This document shows positions 8,068 to 17,419 of a DNA stretch of 24,000 nt, one piece after another (the first letter of the stretch is position 1; each line of letters starts with the position of its first letter). Below the pieces are notes generated by a model, which had not been told where the DNA came from, searched no databases, and was given only the letters and a program-made list of their open reading frames with translations. This DNA is from Xanthomarina spongicola (GTDB lineage Bacteria; Bacteroidota; Bacteroidia; Flavobacteriales; Flavobacteriaceae). The position numbers and the translations under genes were made by a program. The DNA is taken from the NCBI RefSeq assembly GCF_003148645.1, contig NZ_QGGP01000005.1, forward strand, positions 96,751-120,750, in the 5' to 3' direction.

Positions 8068-11000
8068 TTATAGTATAACAAGTTTCTCTATTTTTTCGAC
8101 GGTTTTATTTAACGTAGCAGATCTTACTGTAAGTTTATAAATATAAACTCCTTTACCTATTTTGTCTCCAAAATCGTCTCTTCCATCCCATATAATTTCT
8201 CTAGATAAGGATGAAGCTCCATTATTACAACATTCACCACTGTTTGTTTGCCCACTTAAGGTTCTAACTATTTTACCTGTAACAGTGAATATTTGAACTA
8301 AAACGTCTAAAGGTTCCGAACTATTGTGGTTAAACCAAAATTCTGTGTAATTAACAAAAGGATTTGGATAATTTAAAACATTATCGATAACCAACTCTTG
8401 ATTCTCGTCAAACACCACAAATTGTATTTCAGTTGTGGATGAATTATTATAAACATCCCAAGCTTTTATTGTTAATGTGTGCATTCCTGCTTCTAAATCT
8501 CTTAAGGGATAAGTAACAACTCCTCTTTGGTAATCGTCTAGTTCTGTTTGATAATAATCATTTAACACATAAGGATTGGCTTCATCTCCATCAAGAATTC
8601 CAACAATATCATGACCAATGCCACTAGCTGTATTAATACCATTATCATCTTGCAGTTTTAATATAAGACTTGGTGAGCTATTTGTTATACCTCCAGAAAC
8701 AAAACTTTCATCATTCATATATGCATTAATTACAGGGCCAATATTATCCTCTTCTGCATTTTCATTCAATCCACCTATTTGAACTTGACCTACACTTGCT
8801 CCAGTGTGGTCAATAAGTTGATTTTGTTTTTTTGCGTAAAAACTAACCTTACCAAACCCAACTGGAATACCAATATCTCGGGGAACTACAAATTCTATAT
8901 CGAATTGGCCATTAGTTATAGATGATTGCCCTCTAAAAATAATAGCTCCAAGAGTTTCAAAATCCATGATAATTACCTGCCCACTATCTCTGGTTCCGTC
9001 ATTTCCTAGGGTTTGTCTATCAATTTTTTTATCATAAATAGTTGACGAAAGTATACCGTTAAAATCACTCATAACATTTCCTGATGCATCAAGTACTTCT
9101 CCAGACAACTTAACGCGTCCTAATGCTTGAAGCACATCAGTTGTTCCTGTAATTGGAGTATCATTTATTTTTGTTAAAACAATATTAGGCTTAGGGAAGG
9201 CTAATTTCATAGCAGGATCTCCTATAAAAAACACCAGTCTTCTTTGACCTCCATTTGAAATTGCTGGATTATTTTTTGTAAGTCGCAATGCTTCAGCCAT
9301 GCTTGGGTATTCGTTATCAGGAATATTATCATTTTCACTATATGAGAATAGATATTCCTCCAAAATCGTATTAAAAGTAACTCCTACATTTACATAAATT
9401 TGCCTAGTAGTTGTTATTAAACCAATAGCTCCACCCTCTTTATTCCAATACGTATATTCTCCAGCTGTTGGACGAATTGGATTATCGAATTTGGTAAACT
9501 CACAAGTTACAGTTACAAAACAATTAAGTTTACAAACATTATTTAATTCCTGTGCATCTGGTTTTTCGAAAATTCGCTCGTGGGCTAAACCATCTTCACC
9601 TCCATGTCCAAAATAATTAACAACTAGCGCTCCTGTTTCTAAAGCATTTTTTATGGCAGTATTTACTGTTGGGTATCTATCTCCTCCAGCTGAAGACTCC
9701 TGTTGAAAGGCATCTGAATGTATTTTAGTAACATTTATAAATGGTTTTTTGGCAGTCACCACATTCCCAATAGAATCTGTGGTTACCTGAAGTATTTTCT
9801 CCCAAGATTCATCTACATCGTCTGATATAACAACAAAATTATTTCTCCAACTACCAAAAGAAGATTCAATATAATATCTTTCAACTTTATCTACCATGTC
9901 TTTAGCTCTTTGGTAAGAATCTGCTAAAATTCTACCAACTGCTAAATCTAATTTATCTGAAATATCCATGGATCCTTCATTAAAATCCATCATGCCATAA
10001 AAATCGTCTGAAACAAACGAACTGGTTAAATTAAAACTATTGTAAGCATGCCAAGAAGGAACAATATTCGTGTTATTTGGAATTCTATCTTTATAATCGA
10101 ATGATCCATCACCAAATAAACATACATACTTAATTCTTTTATCTGGTGTACTAGCATTATCATAAATATATTTTACAAAATTTCTAATGGCCCCAATATC
10201 TTGATTCCCTGTACTAAACTCTGAATATATTTTATACAATGGAACAACCTTCACATTTAATTGATTAACATTTCTATTAATTTGAGCCAACCTTTCAGCT
10301 TGATTCATGTAACTATTTGGAGTAATAATTAAATAATCTATATCTTTAAATTGCCCTTGTGAATCTTGAAAAATAGTCCCTTTTAAATCCTGATTATTAA
10401 CTGTTTTATAAGCACCAATAGTTGGTTCATAATAATTTAAAGGTGTAACAATGGCATAGTATTTTAATGACCCTAATGAAGATGCAAAACTGATGTTAGA
10501 ACTATTATCTGAGTTTACAAGATTGGTGACATTATAAATATCTGTTACATTCCATATTTCAGATACTTGAGACGTATTTGTTAGATTATATTGACCAATC
10601 CCAGACATTTGTGAAACAGCATTATTTCTAAATGTATATTGATTACCAGAAAAATTTAACATTCTTGTAGCCTCAATTGATATATAATCTATATAAGCTA
10701 AAGCTGAAGGAATCCCTCCATCATTATGTGTTAAACTAACTGATAAATTTGAAGAATTAACAAGAATATTGTCATCAAAACTATTCTCTTGAGCAAGATT
10801 AGAATCTGTAATTGCTGGCAATGATAAAGAAACTATATTATTTCCATTAATTGCAATCTGCATGCTAGTTGCTATTTCAGAAGTAGAACCAAGAAAAACT
10901 TTGAAATTTATTGGTTCTGTAGTAACTAAATCTGGAAAAGAAAAATCGAAGGTTTTAGTGTCTTCAATATCGAATTTATCACCAAACCATCTTCTTCCAA

Positions 11001-11946
11001 CACTTACTAAGTTATATTCGTCCTTTTCATGAAATTTATAATCTTGAAAGGTATCAATGGTTATGTCAATAGGTCCAGAAGGTTGAACAAAAGGTTGTAT
11101 TCTTTTCCCATGACCAGAACTTATATTAATATAGTAATAAGTTTTATCTGTATAACAGTTTAAATTAGTATTACTTCCTTGGTTATATCCTTTTGGTCCT
11201 TGTCCATAAAAAAGTATGTAATCAGTATCATTAAAAACACCATCGGTTTCACCAATAATCTTAATAGCATTTTCTTGCACATCTATAGGGTAAGGCTCAG
11301 AATTAGCATAAGGAATCATTCTTCCGCCATTTCCATATAATTTTATAGTTCTTGGATCTATGTTATCTATATTGATTCCTAAATCTGCCAGAAAATCTTT
11401 TGTAATTTTAAAAACTCCAGTTTTATCTATTTGAAATTTATACCATTGACCACTACTCAAAACAGAATTTGTAATTACTCGATTATTATAAGTATTATTA
11501 GTTTGTAATCTTCCATTTGTATAAGAAATAGAAAATGATGTAACTTTCTTATACAAACCTTGACTTGATTTAACTATAGGTGATAAAACAAAATAAGCAT
11601 AATATGTATTCCTTGCTATTGAAGTTTTTAAACTATAAGTCAATTCACTTGGAATTGTTTCAATATTTAAATCCTTTAAATCAGCTTTAGAAATAGTTGT
11701 ATACTGAACATTAGATACTAAAACTGAGTTTTCATCCACAGCCTGTGAAATAGGCCACTGAGATACAAATTGTAGACCTTCGTTTAAATTATAATTAAAA
11801 TTCTCTTCATTAAATGAAGGTAGTATTAACTTAAAACTTTCTGTAGATAACACTTTATTTCCTTCCCATCTAATTTCAAATTGCTTTTGTTGGGAATAGG
11901 TTAAAAATGTGACAAAAAGTAATAGGGATAATAATTTCTTTTTCAT
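8068..11946 (-). CDS. porU: T9SS C-terminal-signal peptidase PorU (gingipain-like C25 fold)
   Basis: 1292 aa with a signal peptide. Candidate His/Cys dyad motifs are NYFGHGGEDG and FVTVTCEFTKFD. The C-terminal CTD-like beta-sandwich reads NYPNPFVNYTEFWF...GVYIYKLTV. Its size and its position between gldJ and porV fit porU. Confidence 0.88.
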   Translation of the reverse strand: MKKKLLSLLLFVTFLTYSQQKQFEIRWEGNKVLSTESFKLILPSFNEENFNYNLNEGLQFVSQWPISQAVDENSVLVSNVQYTTISKADLKDLNIETIPSELTYSLKTSIARNTYYAYFVLSPIVKSSQGLYKKVTSFSISYTNGRLQTNNTYNNRVITNSVLSSGQWYKFQIDKTGVFKITKDFLADLGINIDNIDPRTIKLYGNGGRMIPYANSEPYPIDVQENAIKIIGETDGVFNDTDYILFYGQGPKGYNQGSNTNLNCYTDKTYYYINISSGHGKRIQPFVQPSGPIDITIDTFQDYKFHEKDEYNLVSVGRRWFGDKFDIEDTKTFDFSFPDLVTTEPINFKVFLGSTSEIATSMQIAINGNNIVSLSLPAITDSNLAQENSFDDNILVNSSNLSVSLTHNDGGIPSALAYIDYISIEATRMLNFSGNQYTFRNNAVSQMSGIGQYNLTNTSQVSEIWNVTDIYNVTNLVNSDNSSNISFASSLGSLKYYAIVTPLNYYEPTIGAYKTVNNQDLKGTIFQDSQGQFKDIDYLIITPNSYMNQAERLAQINRNVNQLNVKVVPLYKIYSEFSTGNQDIGAIRNFVKYIYDNASTPDKRIKYVCLFGDGSFDYKDRIPNNTNIVPSWHAYNSFNLTSSFVSDDFYGMMDFNEGSMDISDKLDLAVGRILADSYQRAKDMVDKVERYYIESSFGSWRNNFVVISDDVDESWEKILQVTTDSIGNVVTAKKPFINVTKIHSDAFQQESSAGGDRYPTVNTAIKNALETGALVVNYFGHGGEDGLAHERIFEKPDAQELNNVCKLNCFVTVTCEFTKFDNPIRPTAGEYTYWNKEGGAIGLITTTRQIYVNVGVTFNTILEEYLFSYSENDNIPDNEYPSMAEALRLTKNNPAISNGGQRRLVFFIGDPAMKLAFPKPNIVLTKINDTPITGTTDVLQALGRVKLSGEVLDASGNVMSDFNGILSSTIYDKKIDRQTLGNDGTRDSGQVIIMDFETLGAIIFRGQSSITNGQFDIEFVVPRDIGIPVGFGKVSFYAKKQNQLIDHTGASVGQVQIGGLNENAEEDNIGPVINAYMNDESFVSGGITNSSPSLILKLQDDNGINTASGIGHDIVGILDGDEANPYVLNDYYQTELDDYQRGVVTYPLRDLEAGMHTLTIKAWDVYNNSSTTEIQFVVFDENQELVIDNVLNYPNPFVNYTEFWFNHNSSEPLDVLVQIFTVTGKIVRTLSGQTNSGECCNNGASSLSREIIWDGRDDFGDKIGKGVYIYKLTVRSATLNKTVEKIEKLVIL

Positions 11947-12216
11947 TGAATAAATAACGTGAATAATTGCTTGATATTATTAAAGAGTAAACAATTTTAA
12001 ATAAACGTTTCAAAATTACAATAATAATTTATAAAAATGTGCGTTATTTAAACACAAAATAGAAGTTAAAAACGCAAAAATCATCGTTGTAACGTATAAT
12101 AAATAGGATGAAATGCGTATTTTTTTAATCAATTTTTGCTTTTTAACTTGTAATATTCGCTATATTTCTTATATTGCGTCACCAAAAACATGATAAGCTT
12201 ACTTAAAAGTATGGAT
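11947..12216. promoter_or_regulatory. Divergent control region for porU-porV (minus strand) and gldJ (plus strand)
   Basis: This is a 270-bp non-coding gap between divergently oriented start codons, so promoters for both units must lie here. I could not place a clean Bacteroidota -33 TTG / -7 TAnnTTTG pair; only one-mismatch candidates such as TATATTTC and AATTTTTG are present. Confidence 0.5.
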
Positions 12217-13899
12217 ATGAAAAAAGTAATAGCATTTAAGATATTGTTAGTATTAACAATTTCTATAACAACAGTTGGTTGTAAAAGATCATCAAGTTCA
12301 AATAGCTCTAGAGCTACTGGTTGGGATATAAACTCCAGAGATGGAGGTTTCCAATACAATACTCAATTTAAAGAACAAGAAACTGCTCCAGGTTTAGTTT
12401 TTGTAGAAGGTGGAACTTTTACAATGGGTAAAGTTCAAGACGATGTTATGCACGACTGGAACAATACACCAAATCAACAACACATTCAGTCATTCTATAT
12501 GGATGAAACTGAAGTAACCAACAAAATGTATATGGAATACCTTGATTGGTTAAAAAGAATTTATCCTCCAACAGAAGATAACTACAAAGCTATATACAAT
12601 GGTGCACTTCCAGACACATTAGTTTGGAGAAATAGATTAGGTTATAACGAAGTTATGACTGAAAACTATTTGCGTCATCCTGGTTATGGTGAGTATCCTG
12701 TAGTTGGTGTAAGCTGGATTCAAGCTGTAGAATTTGCTAGCTGGAGAACAGATCGTGTAAACGAAATGTACTTAGAAGATGCTGGTTACATTACTAGAGA
12801 TGCTAAAATTGCTGCAACAACAGGAGAAACATTTAATACCAATACCTACATAATGGCTCCAACCCAAGTATATGGAGGTAACGATAGTCTTACTAACCCA
12901 GAAAACACTCGAAGAAGAGTTAACACAACTGCTTCTGGAGATACAACTGGTGTTTACGCTGGTAGAGAAACAGGAATTATTTCTCCTAGCTATAGATTAC
13001 CAACTGAAGCTGAATGGGAATATGCTGCTTTAGGCTTAACAGAATTACGTAATTACAATATTTACAGAGGTAGAAAAAAATACCCTTGGGATGGACAATA
13101 CACGCGTTCAGGAAAACGTCAAGTTAGAGGTGATCAATTGGCTAACTTCAAACAAGGTAATGGAGATTATGGTGGAATAGCTGGATGGTCTGATGATGGT
13201 GCAGATATTACTAACGAAGTAAAAAAATATGAACCAAATGATTTTGGTTTATATGACATGGCTGGAAACGTTGCCGAATGGGTAGCTGATGTTTACAGAC
13301 CTATTGTTGACGACGAGTTTAACGACTTTAACTATTATCGTGGAAATGTTTACACTAAAAATGCTATTAATGAAGATGGAACAGTTAAAATTGTAACTAC
13401 AGACGAAATTGTTTTCGATACTTTACCTAATGGAAAAGTTATTGCTAGAGATTTACCTGGTGAAATTTCGCAAGTTGCAGTAGACGAAGACGAAACATAT
13501 TTAAGACAAAACTTCGATAGAAGTGATAATAGAAACTTTAGAGATGGAGACAGACAATCATCTCGTCAATACAGAGAAAGTTTTAGTGAAGAAGATGGTG
13601 TTGCAACTGAATCTTCAATGACTGGTAAAATGTATAATTCTCCTAAACACAATGTTGATGTAGATGATTCTACAGGTGCATTAATAAGAGAATACGATAA
13701 ATCTAATAAGAGAACATCTTTAATTAACGACGAAGTTCGTGTGTACAAAGGTGGTTCTTGGAAAGATAGAGAATACTGGTTAGATCCTGCTCAAAGACGT
13801 TACTTCCCACAAACTATGGCTACAGATTATATTGGCTTTAGATGTGCAATGTCAAGAGTTGGCTCTAAATCTAAAAGCAAGAACAAAACAAAAAATTAA
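12217..13899 (+). CDS. gldJ: Gliding-motility / T9SS-associated lipoprotein GldJ (FGE/SUMF1-like fold)
   Basis: The preferred start is the ATG at 12217, giving MKKVIAFKILLVLTISITTVGC|K (lipobox). The track start at 12190 adds 9 unsupported residues. FGE-like blocks are present: FVEGGTFTMG, YPVVGVSWIQAVEFASWR, YRLPTEAEWEYAA, GLYDMAGNVAEWVADVY and VYKGGSW. The gene is divergent from porU, the arrangement known from F. johnsoniae. Confidence 0.88.
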   Translation: MKKVIAFKILLVLTISITTVGCKRSSSSNSSRATGWDINSRDGGFQYNTQFKEQETAPGLVFVEGGTFTMGKVQDDVMHDWNNTPNQQHIQSFYMDETEVTNKMYMEYLDWLKRIYPPTEDNYKAIYNGALPDTLVWRNRLGYNEVMTENYLRHPGYGEYPVVGVSWIQAVEFASWRTDRVNEMYLEDAGYITRDAKIAATTGETFNTNTYIMAPTQVYGGNDSLTNPENTRRRVNTTASGDTTGVYAGRETGIISPSYRLPTEAEWEYAALGLTELRNYNIYRGRKKYPWDGQYTRSGKRQVRGDQLANFKQGNGDYGGIAGWSDDGADITNEVKKYEPNDFGLYDMAGNVAEWVADVYRPIVDDEFNDFNYYRGNVYTKNAINEDGTVKIVTTDEIVFDTLPNGKVIARDLPGEISQVAVDEDETYLRQNFDRSDNRNFRDGDRQSSRQYRESFSEEDGVATESSMTGKMYNSPKHNVDVDDSTGALIREYDKSNKRTSLINDEVRVYKGGSWKDREYWLDPAQRRYFPQTMATDYIGFRCAMSRVGSKSKSKNKTKN

Positions 13900-13916
13900 G
13901 AATATTTATATCTTTT

Positions 13917-13950
13917 AAAAAAGTCCTAACAATTAGTTAGGACTTTTTTT
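13917..13950 (+). terminator. Rho-independent terminator after gldJ
   Basis: AAAAAAGTCCTAAC-AATTA-GTTAGGACTTTTTTT forms an 8-bp core stem extended by A/T arms, with a T7 tail. It starts 18 nt after the gldJ stop. Confidence 0.85.
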
Positions 13951-13963
13951 ATACTTTTATTTT

Positions 13964-15238
13964 ATGAATATAGAACAACTGCACACACTCTTTTTAAAAC
14001 ATCCATCTGTTTCTACAGACACGAGAAAAATTTCTAAAAACGATTTGTATTTTGCCCTTAAAGGTGACAACTTTAATGGTAACGCATTTACTAAACAAGC
14101 TTTAGAAAATGGTGCTTCCTATTGTATTATAGACGAAGAGGAATTTGCTACAAACAAGCAATGTATTGTGGTTGAAGATGTATTAACAACATTACAGGAA
14201 TTAGCAACTTTTCATAGAAAATATTTAAAGTTACCTATTATTGCTTTAACTGGAAGTAATGGTAAAACAACTACCAAAGAGTTAATTCATGCAGTACTTT
14301 CAAAAAAATTCAAAACCTCTGCAACTATTGGCAATCTTAACAACCATATTGGCGTGCCTTTAACTCTTTTAAAAATGACTAATACCACTGAAATTGGTAT
14401 TGTTGAAATGGGAGCCAATCATAAAAAAGAAATTGAGTTTTTATGCAACATTGCCTTACCAGATTATGGTCTAATTACCAATTTCGGGAAAGCACATTTA
14501 GAAGGTTTTGGAAGCGTTGAAGGCGTTATTGAAGGAAAATCGGAGCTCTATAAACATCTTATTACTCATAAGAAAACCATTTTTGTCAATTCTAACGATC
14601 CTATTCAGTTAGAAAAAAGCAAAGCAGCTAAAACCATTACTTTTGGTACTAGCAAAATGGATGATTTTATTATTCATTTTAAAAGTGCCCAACCAAATGT
14701 AAGCGTTACTTTTAATAATATTGAAATAAACAGCCAGCTAATTGGCGAATATAATTTCAATAATATTTCTGTAGCTATTGCCATTGGCGCATATTTCAAA
14801 GTAGAAGAAAATCTAATTAAAGACGCCATTGAAAAATATGTTCCACAAAACAATAGATCTCAAATAGTTGAAAAAGGTGCTATCAAAATTATTTTGGATG
14901 CCTACAATGCTAATCCTTCAAGTATGACAGTTGCCTTGCAAAATTTCGAAAAATTACAAGCTAAAAATAAAATAGCCATTCTTGGTGATATGTTCGAATT
15001 AGGTCAAGATGCCAAAAAAGAACACATAGCTATTGCAGAACTGGCTAATTCATTAAAATTATCAAAAGTTATTTTTATAGGTGAAAATTTTCATGATGCC
15101 ATTCCAAAAAGCAATGAAACATATAAAACGTTCAACAATTTTAAAGAGCATTTCAAATTAGACACTTTAAAAAATACCACTTTATTAATAAAAGGTTCTC
15201 GTGGCATGGCTTTGGAGCGTATTCTTGAGTTGTTATAA
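13964..15238 (+). CDS. murF: UDP-N-acetylmuramoyl-tripeptide--D-alanyl-D-alanine ligase
   Basis: N-terminal TDTRK motif, Mur-ligase P-loop GSNGKTTTKE, and the DAYNANPSSM and GDMFELG motifs. Confidence 0.93.
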   Translation: MNIEQLHTLFLKHPSVSTDTRKISKNDLYFALKGDNFNGNAFTKQALENGASYCIIDEEEFATNKQCIVVEDVLTTLQELATFHRKYLKLPIIALTGSNGKTTTKELIHAVLSKKFKTSATIGNLNNHIGVPLTLLKMTNTTEIGIVEMGANHKKEIEFLCNIALPDYGLITNFGKAHLEGFGSVEGVIEGKSELYKHLITHKKTIFVNSNDPIQLEKSKAAKTITFGTSKMDDFIIHFKSAQPNVSVTFNNIEINSQLIGEYNFNNISVAIAIGAYFKVEENLIKDAIEKYVPQNNRSQIVEKGAIKIILDAYNANPSSMTVALQNFEKLQAKNKIAILGDMFELGQDAKKEHIAIAELANSLKLSKVIFIGENFHDAIPKSNETYKTFNNFKEHFKLDTLKNTTLLIKGSRGMALERILELL

Positions 15239-15305
15239 ACAGATTGGAATTATTATATTAACTTCACTTTCTATTATTAGTATATATAATCTAAGACTTA
15301 TTCCA

Positions 15306-17330
15306 TTGAAAATTATTGTGTACTTATTCTTTTTGGCATTCATTTTAAGTTGTAATCAAACAACAAAAACGGTTCCTTTTGAACCCCAAGAAACAGCACT
15401 TGCTCTTAGTCAAGATATTCTAGATTATCGAATAACACCAAAGGATTCCTCGGATAGATCTGGATTCATGTTTTCCGATCAAGGCTCATGGTTTGCCTAC
15501 AGCCTCCCTAAAACAACTAAAAATAATATTGGTTTTTCTGGACCTTTTTTAATGACACAAGAAAATGGAGTTTGGAGTAGTCCTATTTTATCAAATTTAT
15601 CTTTATCGACCCAACAATCTAAAGATCAATTAATTCATTTTAATAATGATTTGGTTGAGCAACATAGTTATTCAAGTCACCTTTCACAGCTCTTTAGAAA
15701 CTCAGAAATAGAATTAAAGCAAGAACTTGTTTATATTTCTGGACATACAGCTTTACAAAGAACAACCATTACAAATAATAGCAAAAGAGAAATTCCAATT
15801 CAAGCCAAAATTCATGGGCAAGTTTTTGATATAGGAATGAAACTTTACAACGAAAACGGTCTTATTAAATTAGTTTCCAAAAATTCTGAAGCCATAGGTT
15901 ACATTCAATTAGCAGAAGACATTGAAAAAATAGATATATCTAATGAAAACACGTATTACTCACTTCAACTTAAAGAATTTAATTTACAGCCTGGTGAATC
16001 TAAAGAAATCATCATTTCACAGACCTTTATTTTTCCAGAATATTCTTGGGACTTAGAAAAAAAGTTCATTGCCAAAACTAACTTCGATTCTATTCTAAAA
16101 GTTCGTCAACTTGAAAAAGAGATACAATTAAAAGGCATTCTTGATAATCGGGATTCAACCTTTAATGACACAATTTATGCTGAAGTATTAATAAAAGCAC
16201 ATCTAACGCTTCAAAATAATTGGCGAATAGCTGCAGGAGCTCTAAAACACGAAGGTCTTTTCCCAAGTTATCATTACCAATGGTTTAATGGCTTTTGGGC
16301 TTGGGACTCATGGAAACATGCTGTTGGCTTATCATATTTCAATATTCCTTTAGCAAAAAACCAAATGCGCGCCATGTTTGATTTTCAACTTGAAAATGGC
16401 TTTATTCTAGATTGTATTTTTAGAGATACTACAATTGAAGCGCATAATTATAGAGATACGAAGCCTCCACTTGCTGCATGGGCAGTTTCTGAAATACACA
16501 AAAAGGACAAAGATTTAAGCTTTTTAAAAGAGTTTTATCCGAAGCTTAAAAAATATCATTATTGGTGGTATAAAGAAAGAGATCATGACCAAGATGGTCT
16601 ATGCGAATTTGGTTCTACCGATGGAAGTTTAATTGCCGCTAAATGGGAAAGTGGTATGGATAATGCTATTCGTTTCGATGATTCTAAAATTCTAAAAAAT
16701 GCTGAAAACGCATATTCTCTTGATCAAGAAAGTGTTGACTTAAATGCTTATCTCTATGCTGAAAAAATATATTTAAGCGAAATAGCTTTGATATTAGATC
16801 GTCCTTTAGATAGCAAGAAATTTACCTCAGAAGCGATTCAATTAAAACAAAAAATTCAGTCCCAATTTTATGATCCTAATGATAAATGGTTTTACGACAC
16901 CAATTTAGAAGGCACAGTATTTATTAAAGGTGAAGGTAGTGAAGGTTGGACAGCACTTTGGGCAAACGCAGCAACCCAAGAACAAGCAGAAGAAGTAAAA
17001 AATATAATGATGCAACCTGAAAAGTTTTTCACTAAAGTTCCCTTTCAGACAATGAGCGCAGATCACCCAAAGTTTAATCCGTTAAATGGATATTGGAGAG
17101 GTCCAAACTGGTTAGATCAAGCCTATTTTGGTGTTAAAGGATTACGGAATTACGGTTTTAATATAGAAGCCGATAAAGCCACCATTCAAATAATAAATAG
17201 TGCAGATGGACTTTTAGAAAAAGGGAAATCTATTAGAGAAAATTACCACCCTATTACAGGAGAAGGTTTAAATGCTGAAAATTTTAGTTGGAGTGCAGCT
17301 CACATCATCATGCTATTATTAAAAGATTAA
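15306..17330 (+). CDS. GH63 / YgjK-like (alpha/alpha)6-barrel glycoside hydrolase (trehalase superfamily), lipoprotein
   Basis: Catalytic-domain motifs FWAWDSWKHA, KWESGMDNAIRFD, GYWRGPNWLDQAYF and ENYHPITGEG...NFSWSAAH, preceded by a beta-rich N-domain. The preferred start is the in-frame TTG at 15306, giving MKIIVYLFFLAFILSC|NQ. The track start at 15201 overlaps murF by 38 bp and adds a non-signal-like extension. Confidence 0.7.
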   Translation: MKIIVYLFFLAFILSCNQTTKTVPFEPQETALALSQDILDYRITPKDSSDRSGFMFSDQGSWFAYSLPKTTKNNIGFSGPFLMTQENGVWSSPILSNLSLSTQQSKDQLIHFNNDLVEQHSYSSHLSQLFRNSEIELKQELVYISGHTALQRTTITNNSKREIPIQAKIHGQVFDIGMKLYNENGLIKLVSKNSEAIGYIQLAEDIEKIDISNENTYYSLQLKEFNLQPGESKEIIISQTFIFPEYSWDLEKKFIAKTNFDSILKVRQLEKEIQLKGILDNRDSTFNDTIYAEVLIKAHLTLQNNWRIAAGALKHEGLFPSYHYQWFNGFWAWDSWKHAVGLSYFNIPLAKNQMRAMFDFQLENGFILDCIFRDTTIEAHNYRDTKPPLAAWAVSEIHKKDKDLSFLKEFYPKLKKYHYWWYKERDHDQDGLCEFGSTDGSLIAAKWESGMDNAIRFDDSKILKNAENAYSLDQESVDLNAYLYAEKIYLSEIALILDRPLDSKKFTSEAIQLKQKIQSQFYDPNDKWFYDTNLEGTVFIKGEGSEGWTALWANAATQEQAEEVKNIMMQPEKFFTKVPFQTMSADHPKFNPLNGYWRGPNWLDQAYFGVKGLRNYGFNIEADKATIQIINSADGLLEKGKSIRENYHPITGEGLNAENFSWSAAHIIMLLLKD

Positions 17331-17419
17331 CTTCTAACAAATAATAATTTAAGATTTTAAAATAGATGTTTTATGCATATATTTAACTTTCATTGAATAC
17401 AAATAACAAACTTCATATT

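Noticed and set aside
11951-12050. An inverted 9-mer, TAAATAACG (11951-11959) / CGTTATTTA (12042-12050), plus the related AAATAAACGTTT (11999-12010) and CGTTGTAACG (12085-12094), as operator sites in the porU-gldJ intergenic region
   Set aside because: With this base composition and roughly 270 x 270 possible pairings, about one such 9-mer match is expected by chance. The spacing and orientation are irregular. It is worth footprinting but not supportable from this window alone.
12129-12359. 76-aa minus-strand ORF spanning the gldJ start region
   Set aside because: It overlaps the gldJ signal peptide and promoter region in antisense. Its hydrophobic-looking sequence mirrors the gldJ signal peptide, and it has no independent support.
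13566-13748. 60-aa minus-strand ORF inside gldJ
   Set aside because: Antisense shadow ORF.
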